Assembly (NCBI RefSeq): GCF_964355755.1
Contig: NC_092673.1
Coordinates: forward strand, 25,727,648 to 25,791,647
Direction of reading: 5' to 3'
Length of the DNA stretch: 64,000 nucleotides
Source: Antedon mediterranea
Lineage: Eukaryota; Animalia; Echinodermata
Shown: positions 53,336-64,000 of the stretch, piece by piece
Numbering within the stretch: position 1 is the first letter of the stretch
Layout of the letters: each line of letters opens with the position of its first letter
Made by a program: the position numbers and the translations under genes
The notes under the pieces: generated by a model
Told to the model about the DNA's origin: nothing
What the model saw: only the letters and a program-made list of their open reading frames with translations
Database searches by the model: none

Positions 53336-54152
53336 TAATACTTAGTGACGTAAGATGACAATCAACATTTATGTGACAAAAAAATATGATGTGCCAATAT
53401 ATGTACATGAATATGTAATATAACTACTACCATATTTAAGCATACCACTATATTTGGACACATCAAACTTTTTTTTTGCCAAACTAGTTTGATAGTGTAG
53501 ACAGTGCAGTACAGGAAGTGAAGCAGCGATTAGTTGCCATCTGGTGTCAGTGCGAAATGTAAAATAATAATGAGCTATGTGAAAAAGAAAACAACTCATA
53601 GAATTTTTTTTTTTGTATTTATTAATAAACCCATGCTCAATTCTAATTACTGTAATGAAATATTATAAATGGAATATTATTGGAAAATAAACACAATAGT
53701 GTATTCTACCAATACGTTGTAATATAGTTTTTATTCAATTCAATGATTTATGCCATTGTCCCATTATAATGAGAAAATCATAAATTAGCCTCACAAAACT
53801 AGACCTGGAAAGTTGTTCAAAGATCATAAAAACTGTACAGTTGCAACTATCCCAAGTCTATCTTAAATATAGAGAAATAGGTAATGATTCATTTTGTGGA
53901 GATATGCAGTAATTGTTTAAAAAAGAACTATTTTAATTTTAAACCGCATAAACCTTACTAAAACCGCTACAAAATACAAAAATAAATAACTTAAATGATC
54001 TAATAATTGCACATAAAACATAAATACATTGATTGAGGTTTATGTGTATACAAATACCTAATTTACTGCCTGTTCTAAAGACTACGTATTTGATAAAGGT
54101 TGTCATGCGACGTACCTTGGGTATCAGTAGATAAAGGAAACGAACTGAGTTA

Positions 54153-54331
54153 AGCTTGGTTCCCACTAGAACGTAACGCAAGGACGTAAACGCAACGCAA
54201 GCGTTTTAACCAATGACAAGCGAAGTTATAGACAGTTAGCAATCACAAGCGAATAAGCCATCACTTGTGATTGGTCAATTCACTAGCGTTGCGTTTACGT
54301 CCTTGCGTTACGTTCTAGTGGGAACCAAGCT
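54153..54331. mobile_element. MITE family 1 (AGCTTGGTTCCCACTAG TIR)
   Basis: Near-perfect ~45-bp TIRs. Related copies at ~1365-1600, 5255-5590, 19245-19385, 19515-19650 and 62905-63022. Confidence 0.85.
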
Positions 54332-55149
54332 TATGGGGCAAAATGGCAAAATCAGTATTGTGTTACGTTACCAAGTTGTTGTCAAAACAATCAGATAGAT
54401 TGTCTGATAACTTAATCACTAAAACTACTAAAAAGTAGGAAGCCTTTTGCCATTCTTCCCCTGACTGGAAATAGAGATTGCTTCTATAGAACAACAATTT
54501 CGTTGTTTACATAGTTACAGTTATGGTATTCCCTATTGTACAGAATATCAACTTTCATTTAAAAAGGTATCTGTTTGATATAAGTTGTACAGTTTTAGAT
54601 CTGTATACCTAGATAATACAAATTGATGTTGTGGACACGCACGCAGTCTCCAAATATATATTGAATATGTCCGTTTAATGTTATAAATTATAAAAGCAAA
54701 AAAAAAACAACAATTATTGAAAATAGATAGTTGATGTACTACACTATACTATTTCTCCTGAAATTGTAAGACATTGATGAGCACGTGCACACAATAAATT
54801 TGAATTCCTTATACAGAGAATCCCCTCTTGTGATGTGCCCAAATATGGTAGTGATATGACATCATCATGTCCATATATGGGCATATCACATTTTGTGTCA
54901 GATAAGGTTGATAGTGTAGACATGGCTTTAAATGCAAACGACGACTGACACCTATTTTGGGGAATTTTTGTTCAAGAAGATGCCAAAATCAGTTGCGATT
55001 TGTATTTAAAAGGAAAGAGTGAAATTATTTAATTTTTAATTTAAATTTTCAGCCAATTTCTTTGCATAATGTTATAGCAATATGTCCCTTAATTAGTAAA
55101 ACCAATATTTTTTAATAATTATAATGTTTTTGTTAATAACTTGAGAAAT

Positions 55150-55520
55150 AGTGTTCCGTACCTCTAGACAGGTACTGGATGAACGTTTTACAGTTATAGG
55201 AAAAAACAATGTGCCGTACCTCCAGACGTGTTATACTGGATGAACGTTTTGAATTGTAGGAGAGACAGTGTGCCGTACCTCTAGCTCTGTACAGGTACTG
55301 GATTAAACGTTTTACAGTTGTAGTAGAAATAATGTGCCGTCCCTCTAGGCAGGTGGTGGATGAACGTTTTGAATTGTATAGGAGAGACAGTGTGCCGTAC
55401 CTCGACAGCAGCTGTTATCGTACCTCCAGACAGGTAGTTAATGAATGTTTTACAGTTATAGGAGAAACAGTGTGCCGTACCTAGACAGGTAGTACCGCTA
55501 GATAGGTGCTGGATGTTCAT
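55150..55520. repeat. ~50-bp minisatellite overlapping the stop codon and 3' UTR of gene F
   Basis: Units of 'gtgccgtacctctagacaggtactggatgaacgtttt...'. Confidence 0.85.
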
Positions 55521-58462
55521 GTCCGTACTTCATTTCCTCGAAATCGTATTCTGCTATTCTAAGATATTCATCGTATTCTTCCAAAATCTTGAGCGTTTCT
55601 ACGTTTAGCATCACTTTTACAAGTTCCGCTGTAAAGTCATCACACGAGTTACTGGTCAGCGAATTTCCATTGAATTTTTCTTCCGTTGTCTAAAAACAAT
55701 ATTTATTATTTATTGATTTCAAAAAAATAATATGGTTGGACACAATATTGTGTTAAGGTTTAGGCTTATGGCCTATGATACTGGCATCACATGCTAAAAC
55801 ATTGCTAAAATGATTTCTTATTCTGGTACCTATAATGGACCGATGTTTGTGTTGAGTTTCTCTAATATAACGTTTAGTAGGCAATGCGTGGTATATAATT
55901 GGAGGCATTTTTAAAGCACTTACTAGTTCCGTTATCTTGGCAATAACATGTTCAGTAAACACAATAATTTCTTGAAATTTGTCAACATAGTTTTTAGGAT
56001 CTTCCTTGTATAAGAGGTCTTCAGCAACTTTAATTTGGCTGATGAATTCCTTGTAAACTTCTAAGTTATCCATGTGAGTTGCAAGCAGGTCTTCCTCCTA
56101 CAAAATAGTAATAAATATACAGACACATTTACTGAGCCATACTTTCTTTTAAATTCCGTTCCCGCTTGGATGCTACGCAATGACGTTAAGCGCATCGTCC
56201 CTCAGTTCGGACACCCCTTTAAGGGGACACTTTCCAGTAGAATGAAAGATGTATGTATATTTAAACATGGCCAACGCATTGGGAAAGAAAGGGGGGGGGG
56301 GGGCATCGTGATAATAAATTCGTTTTTACCGTAGCTTCAAGTCGTAGTTGTAGTGTCAGTTGGCTTGGTAGTCCAGGTATGATTATGTTGTTGGCTGTTG
56401 CGTCGGGATCCCCAAATCGGTCTACTCTCTATAATCAAAATATAAAACGCTTTGTTAAAGAATATCCTTAAATAGTAAAGGAATTTTCCTTTTTCATAAA
56501 AATTGTCATTCAATTTAGATCGTAGTGTGACAGCTGCATAACCTCTACCCAACTCCCTATACCCACCCCTCTCCAACTCCCTAACCTCTCCCCGACTCCT
56601 TAACCCTTCCCTAACTACCTAACCCCTCCCCGACTCCTTAACCCCTCCCTAACTACCTAACCCCTCCCTAACTACTTAACCCCACCCTAACTACTTAACC
56701 CCACCCTAACTACCTAACCCCTCCCTAACTACCTAACCCCACCCTAACTACCTAACACATCTGATGTTGCACGCATTACTTACATAACTGTCAAGGGTGC
56801 CTTTCTCAATCTTATTCAAGGTCACTGTTTCTTCAACCAGCTTATCGTGTTGTTGTATAACGATGTCATGTTGCGGCATCGATGTTGGAACGGGCGTTGC
56901 TGACGTAACGTGTAAAACACACAAGGCTAAATGAAAAAAATTATAATTATAAATTCGTTATAGTTGCAGATAAATAATACAATTTAAAATGAAAGGGAAA
57001 TTATTTCAATATTACATGGTTTCGTCGGTGTTAATTTTAATTAAGCCTACACTATATGATCGTAGCGGTTGGTATAGCGACTAACTCGTGAAATCGGTCA
57101 GTCAAGTATAATTTGTGGAAGTTAACTACAGGAGCCCTCGAAAGAACACATACTGTACTGAAGATAGGTTTAACACTCAATTTCACAATTCTAATTTCCT
57201 ATTTTAAAATTCCGACCTTGTGTCGATGCCTAGTCTCCCTTATTGATTTGGGTGCTTTAACATAATGAATAATAATAAAAGCGCATCTGAGATTTAATTT
57301 ACTGATGGTAAGTACTGTAATGGAAATTGTCTGAATATCCCGCTACTAAATTGCCGCTGCGCCTCTTTACCCACTGGAAATGGATTCATGCATTAAATCC
57401 TAGCCTAAGCCCTTTTGTAGCCCTGGTCGATATACAGGTAAGCATTTTTCAGACGGCCTGTCTGTATTAGGGTATGCAAAATTTTAGTTTAAAAAAATTA
57501 GGTTCGTTCGTTATTTTTATGAATTTATTTATGTGAATAAATAGTATACTCATTGTTTATCTATAAAACAAATGTTGAAACATTTGTAAATTTTAGCCTC
57601 ATTATATAATCTACTATTGTAAAACTGATGAGTTATATCATTTCAACTGACGAAGTGTATGAATATTGTTAGACTATGATTATTATAATTATGATTATTA
57701 TGATTATTTTTTATATCTATTAATGCATAATACAGTATTCTATTGCCCTTGATAAATACATTAACGATATCGTATCAATTGATTATGTAATGTTTTGATG
57801 TGGTAGGCTAAGTTTATACGAAATATCGTGGAGCTTTTGGTTGGTGGTTAAGGTCCCGGGGGTAATCCTCTATTTACCTCTAGCCCTCAGCCTCAAGTGA
57901 GACTTAACTTTCCTTAAGCTGGACAGTGAGTTAAATTAATAATAGTAATAAATATATTATATGTTATGTTAAACTTTAAAAAAAAGAGAAGAAATACATT
58001 AAAAGATGATATGTATAAATTATAAGAGACAATATTGTAAGGAATGATAATGAATAGAGAAAAGATTACAACAAAAATCATGTATGTAAAAACACGATAA
58101 CATTACAATGTTAGAACAGTTGTGTATAAATTAATATACAGTATTTATATGAAAATGTATATGATGAAAATAAAAAAATATATTTTAGTTTTATATCCAT
58201 CATAATCGGCGCGGTTATTTCTGTTGGATGATGCGTATCAAATAAAATAATAAGTTTATGATGAGACCTTCGATAAAAACGGGCGAGAAATTTGGCATGT
58301 AAAATTATATGAAAAAAAAATAGCCAGGCTCAGATTAAATAGGAGATCAATATCTATAACTACAGATTTTGCTCATGTGCAAATAAAATAAAGCTTATGT
58401 CTGTAAAATTATATTGGAAACTTACCGATCAAAAAACTGTAAACCATTTTTCTCTCATCCAT
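55498..58462 (-). CDS. Gene F: secreted four-helix-bundle (CNTF/CLCF1/CT-1-like) cytokine candidate, 5 exons, 214 aa
   Basis: Exons 58462-58426, 56926-56784, 56428-56330, 56097-55924 and 55689-55498, phases 1,0,0,0: MDERKMVYSFLIALCVLHVTSA-TPVPTSMPQHDIVIQQHDKLVEETVTLNKIEKGTLDSY/RVDRFGDPDATANNIIIPGLPSQLTLQLRLEAT/EEDLLATHMDNLEVYKEFISQIKVAEDLLYKEDPKNYVDKFQEIIVFTEHVIAKITEL/TTEEKFNGNSLTSNSCDDFTAELVKVMLNVETLKILEEYDEYLRIAEYDFEEMKYGHEHPAPI*. Confidence 0.88.
56545..56757 (+). repeat. 19-bp telomere-like minisatellite (CCCTAACTACCTAACCCCT) in intron 2 of gene F
   Basis: About 11 tandem units containing CCCTAA/CCTAAC. Confidence 0.9.
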
Positions 58463-58571
58463 TTTTGTTCACAATTTTCCTTACAGTTTCAACCTAATTT
58501 TGTCAACAATGTTGCTTAACCAATGTTTCTGCCGGTGTTTGAATGTATAACGAAACATTCTCAGATGTGCC

Positions 58572-58946
58572 TTTATATATACCTACTAGCAATACAAAAA
58601 CAAATAGTAATGCGCTAAAAATAAGTGATTTAAAGTGTAAAACCGAAAAAAGACAATGTCCCCTCATATCCTAACCTACTCAGAATTCAGTTAACTTGAA
58701 TCGATCTTAAAATATTGTATTCTCTGTGTTTGTTTAGTGTACTAAAATCAACTAAGTATATATACATTATAAATATAGATTAGATCGCCATAGGCATGAT
58801 ATTTATCCTAGTAACGAATGTGTGTTTACATACTGCAAAGGGGTTGTAGCCGTTTTCTCGGAAATTAATTTAAGGTAAACTGCCCTCTATAATATTTTCG
58901 AAGTAAGCTTTGTTGAAGTCTATTAGGGTATTTCCCTATTACGTCA
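58572..58946 (-). promoter_or_regulatory. Gene F promoter: TATA box plus STAT, NF-kB and CRE/CEBP-type motifs
   Basis: TATATAAAG (minus strand, ~58572-58581), TTCTCGGAA 58855-58863, GGGTATTTCCC 58926-58936, TTACGTCA 58939-58946. Confidence 0.55.
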
Positions 58947-60684
58947 TTTGCGAACGTATTCAAAATGCCTTATATGAAAATAATACTGTCATGAACTAAA
59001 AGTATATTGTTATTAAGAAAATTCGGTCGTATGATACGTTCTTCTTTGTTGTTGTGTGTTTGTTTGTTTGTTTTAGTAAGGCGTGATTGATTCTGATGTA
59101 AACAAAAACAAATCGTATTTTCTAGTGAAACATAGGCGTAGCCTAATATTATTATGAACGGTAACGAATGTCTTAAATGGATATGAACGGGTTCCTAGCA
59201 ATATTATTTTATTGGCTCAACGTGTAGATTAATCAGTTTTTCATATCCACTTAATATGGATAAATGATTCAGATTCAGATTCAATTTTATTTTGCCACTT
59301 AAAATATGGAGTACTAAATAAGTAGTAAATAATAAATATGAGTACATTTTAAAAAATGTATATTAATAAAATTATTATACAATATTTAAATGCATTGGTT
59401 TATCCTACATTATGCATATTATGTTTTTTTATAATTGTTTTATACTTTTACTACATTTTGATAATGAAAAATACAAATAATGAAATTTTTTCTGTGACAT
59501 ATTTGATTGTTATCTCATTTTCAATTTCAATTGGGGGAATTGCGATAATGTTTTCTTTTAATGTATGTATACATTCTTGGTTAATCGAGGTTTATCAGTA
59601 TATCTAATTTAATCAAGATTTCATATGAAATGCTTTTCGACGGTTTTTAGTTTTCAGAATTATAACAGCACGGGCTTTTATTTACAATGTACACAGTGAA
59701 ATCAGAATCACGCTTCTCATTTTTTTTTTAGACCAGCCTAAACCATCAAATCAGTTTATGAATGTTATGTGTTGCTTTCGTTAAGAATTTTAGCTCTAAG
59801 TGTGGGCTACTTAGGCCTACTTGGAACGTAGTAGCACGTGTAATCATTTATATGTAAATGTGAACTTTATTCAATCAATCGTACATTTTTTGGGTATTAT
59901 AACGGTAACCAAAATAACGTATATTTACAGTGACTTTTTACAAAAAAATATTAAATATAAAGTATATACAGTGATTATTTACAGTAATGATAATAATACA
60001 AATTAATTGTTTATATTGACTATTATTGGAAACAGAAGTTGAATAATAAAATACTGAATAAATACAAAGTTTCATTAGAGGTTTACAATAAATGGAAAAG
60101 ATGAATACGTATAATATTGTAAGTATAAAAAATAGGAAATAGTAATAAGGATTACTGTATATTGGGAACGGCCTACAAATGAACATAGTTATAAGCAAAA
60201 GTTCCATTGATTCATTTGCGTGATATAAACGGTTAGATAGGCTGGTGATATTTTACCAGCAGATCTATTGGCAATTTACCACTGTTGATTAATATAATAG
60301 TATCCAATATAAATGTATATCCAAAATAACTAAATCGCCTAATCCCGCGGCTACAAGGTGTACGGCCAATTCTAAAATTACTAGCCGGATCGTTATCCGG
60401 ATCCGTTTAATATCAAATGTGTCATAAGTTGGAATTTACTTAGGTAAACTTCGTTACTTTTTACAAATATTCATTTGTTGTTCATATTTGAATTCCTTGT
60501 TGGTTGTGGTTTATCTACAAATTTCATTTTTTATCAATGCGTATTTTTCTTTTTTATTTTTCCAAGGATTTTTATACATCCTATAGGCCTACGTCACTTA
60601 ATATTCATTGTTTGTCTATGACTACCTCAAGATCATAATAAACCTAAACAATTAATAAATAAAATATTTAGTTATTATGTCATA

Positions 60685-60779
60685 CCGTAAAACCTCGAAA
60701 ACTGTAGAGGGGGGCTTCTTTTCGAGATGGGCTTCTTTTCGAGGTTTAAGCCCATGGGCTTCTTTTCGAGGTTTTACGG
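60685..60779. mobile_element. Small TA-flanked MITE (Tc1/mariner-pogo-like)
   Basis: TA|CCGTAAAACCTCGAAAA...TTTTCGAGGTTTTACGG|TA. Confidence 0.7.
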
Positions 60780-62459
60780 TATCTTAAAAACTGATCAGCT
60801 CGTTTTAAATAACATAAAATATAACACAATGGGTTATCTGCCAAGTGCGAATAACCAAATGGAACATGGGATTCATCATGGGTATAGAGACATTATTCCA
60901 CAACGCCAATCCGATACCGGGGGTTCACAATAAATCTTTAAGACATTGTTAATGAATTCATCATTTCATTTTAAATTATGCCGATTTAATTTTATCTTTA
61001 GGCCCAAAAAGGTAGTCCCCTTTCATGAATACAGGCCCTATTTAAATTGACCAGTACGGTTTTGGATTCTTTTCTCATTTTCTCAGGCTATTACTACTAT
61101 AGTCTTGTATCTACGGTATATATAAATTTACGTAATGGCAAAATTCGGTATATTCGGTTGGTCCGCACACAATAATACGAGGATGCTTCACATTTACCTA
61201 TCTCCTTCTACGATAATTGTTTTTAATAGCTTAAAACAGTGGAACAGCTCGAGTACAGCATCATAAATATTAAAGACTGGCCGATTTTCTTTAAAAAAAT
61301 ACTATTTTGATAGATGTAATATACGTTTATACAAATATATTGATTTGCGATGCATGGAACATTCCATAGGCATCCATTAGACAGTGTATGTACACCACGA
61401 TCGGGGCAAATTGTTGAACCTAAATTCGTTTTAATCGTCAATAACAAATTATCTAACTCAATTTAATTAGTACAGGGTTACATCAGGTGGTTAAAATCAG
61501 TACCGAAAGTACGAAACAACTTTATATACCATCGAGTAAAAATTCTAGAAGTAACACGCGATTTTCCAATTTTGCCCTTATTACGTAAATGTATGCATCC
61601 CTCGATTTTGTTTGTTCCAATTTACTTTCAATAATCATCCGTTACTTTTTATAAATATCATATTTGTTATTTCCTAATTAATTGCTTCCGTTCGTTGGCC
61701 TCATATGTACTTTTGATTGTTTGTTTGCTTTTATTTTTCCTCGTTGTCTTTGTTGTTTACTGTTTTGTAAATCACAGGTTTGCCCGCTGGGTATGTGATG
61801 TTTTTAGGTTGAATAAATAAATAAATAAAATAAATTTGCTATATTTAGTGAATAAATAGAGAATAAAATATATACATATTGACATGATGATGTCATATCA
61901 CTACCGTATTTGGGAATAATATGACCATAAACTAGTTTGATAGTGTGGACAGACCTTAAAAGGTAATGTGTATTCTTTATTATTGTTATTTAAAAAAAAA
62001 TAGAATAAGTCTATAAATAAATGTAATAATGAGGATTATGCCTTGCATCCACGTGGAAACCAGTGGAAGAGATTTATATATAGGCCTACATTTATGTTTA
62101 CACATTAACCTACAAATTGAATATCAAGTCATGTAATCATGTCCTTATTTGTTAAAGCCATTGACTAGACAGGGAGTATAATATATTTTGACGTCATATA
62201 TCATGTATTACGGTATTTTTATACCCTTTTATTTATTTTTATATATTTGCTGTACTATTGTGGTTGTTGAACAAGGTATTGTCGTGTATACTTTTAAATT
62301 GACCTTGTTGTCCATATATTGACGTGCAATTTTAAGAACTATGAAAGGAAGGAAGGAATCACCCTATTCCGGATTCAGGGAATTGTTGACTACGGGGCGC
62401 AGTTTAAAACTTTCTACTTTCTCATTTAAAAAAACTCTTAACTAAACGCAGCCACGAAT

Positions 62460-62895
62460 TAATAGTAATAATAATGTAGGTATGTGTATAGCACTAGTAA
62501 TAGTATCAACTAAACCGAAGTAAAAATCAAAGGCGCTTGTATTAGATGTTAACAAGATGCGTTTTAAGTTCTTTTTTAAATATAGCAATAGATTTTGATT
62601 TAGTAATATGTCGGGGGAGAGAATTCCAAGGAGAAGCAGCAGAGAACATAAAATACCTTTGTTCATAGGATTTGGTGTTTATTCTAAGAACAATCAGTAG
62701 GTTCTGATCAGCCGAACGAAGACTAGCAAGATGGGTGTAGGAGGGAAGTAGAACAAGTATATAGGTTGTTTTAGAAGTAGCGTTTTAAATGTTAGTAAAA
62801 GGATCTTATATTTTATACGGGAGTCAATAGGTAGCCAATGAAGGTTATATATAATAGGAGATATGTGTGAGGATCTTCTAGTAAGTGTTAGAATT
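62460..62895 (-). mobile_element. L2-clade LINE 3' fragment
   Basis: Minus-strand HISPIIYNLHWLPIDSRIKYKILLLTFK motif, typical of the L2 ORF2 C-terminus; (ATT)n-like tail. Confidence 0.8.
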
Positions 62896-63387
62896 TAACC
62901 CTACAGCTTCTCACTAGGACGCAATGTAAAGACGTTAACGCAACGCGACCCATAACAAGCGATGGATTATGCGAAACTTGCGTTGCCTTTATGTTTTTGC
63001 GTCCTTGTGTGAGAACAAAGCGCACAAATAGGTTGACCAATCACGACGCGATTGGTGATGGGTGACACAGCTATATCCACTGTGCTATTCAGACTGTAGG
63101 CCTACTATATTGTCCACGAATTACTGTGGTGTATAACTGTCAATATTGTAGTAATGTTTCAAATGGCGCCTCATAAGATATACGGTTTACGTAGACGCAC
63201 AGACACACCCATTATTCCATTATTATTATTATTACAATACACGTACGTTATTACTGATGGCTATATAAAAAGTGTCATCTCATCGTGACAAAGATCACTG
63301 GCAAATAGGCCCATTGAAAAATAACCAAATAGATAACATAAATATAGTGACTTCCTTTCTTATATCTATTTTTCGATTCGTGTCTAA

Positions 63388-63546
63388 AGCTCTGTCTAGA
63401 CTATCAAACTTTATGTGACGAAAAAGTTTGATGTACCCATATGGTAGTGCTATGCTTAAATATGGTAGTGATATGACATCATCATGTCCATATATGGGCA
63501 CATCACATTTTTTTGACACATAAAGTTTGATAGTGTAGACAGGGCT
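63388..63546. mobile_element. MITE family 2 (AGCTCTGTCTACACTATCAAAC TIR, TAA target duplication; Harbinger-type)
   Basis: TIRs flanked by TAA; a second copy starts at 63550. Relatives at ~1165-1310, 20459-20595, 21395-21535, 33405-33478, 47640-47712, 53365-53502, 54830-54930 and 61875-61957. Confidence 0.85.
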
Positions 63547-64000
63547 TAAAGCTCTGTCTACACTATCAAACTTTATGTGTCAAAAAAATGTGATGTCACC
63601 ATATTCCATTTGTCCTAGTTTGAATGGAAATTACTATGATTTGATTAAGTAAACACCGCCTATTCACAATAGTATATTTGAGATATATGTACGTGATAAC
63701 ATTTTCATCCATCACAAAAATAAAACAACATATTAATAAAACCCAATACCAAACTTTATTGCACAGATCGCATTTTAAAATGAGAATCACAGTATACAAA
63801 CATATCCAAATGTCTTAATTACAAAATCTTGCTACTAATGATAATGATAATAATATTCGTTCTTACATAGCGCTTATTGCACAATGCTTCTAAGCGCTGA
63901 ACATTATTACCCCGGTCATTTGTTGTGGATCAAACACGTATGGAAACACACTCCAATAATGCAGCTAGTACTCAGCGCAAAGTTGTGTCTTGATCTAACC

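Overview
AT-rich, intron-containing animal (probably marine invertebrate) genomic DNA; the organism cannot be identified from sequence alone. Most ORF-track entries are spurious or are isolated exons. Manual splicing reveals a minus-strand tandem cluster of six paralogous multi-exon genes (A ~11.9-17.8 kb, B ~21.0-23.3 kb, C 26.5-29.0 kb, D 33.2-44.0 kb, E 47.4-50.7 kb, F 55.5-58.5 kb). A, C, E and F give complete ~190-215 aa secreted proteins with four predicted amphipathic helices. Exon/helix layout, intron phases (1,0,0,0 in F) and AB-loop/helix-D motifs resemble long-chain class-I helical cytokines (IL-6/IL-11/LIF/CNTF/CLCF1/CT-1 type). F has a compact STAT + NF-kB + CRE upstream module. 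B is 5'-unresolved. D is disrupted in exon 4 by two head-to-tail copies of a 3.7-kb fold-back, non-autonomous Academ-like DNA transposon. The rest is segmental duplication, SINEs, LINE fragments, MITEs, Helentron-like elements, tRNA-like repeats, a minimal hammerhead-like motif and microsatellites. Family assignments rest on motifs recognised by eye, not on database searches.
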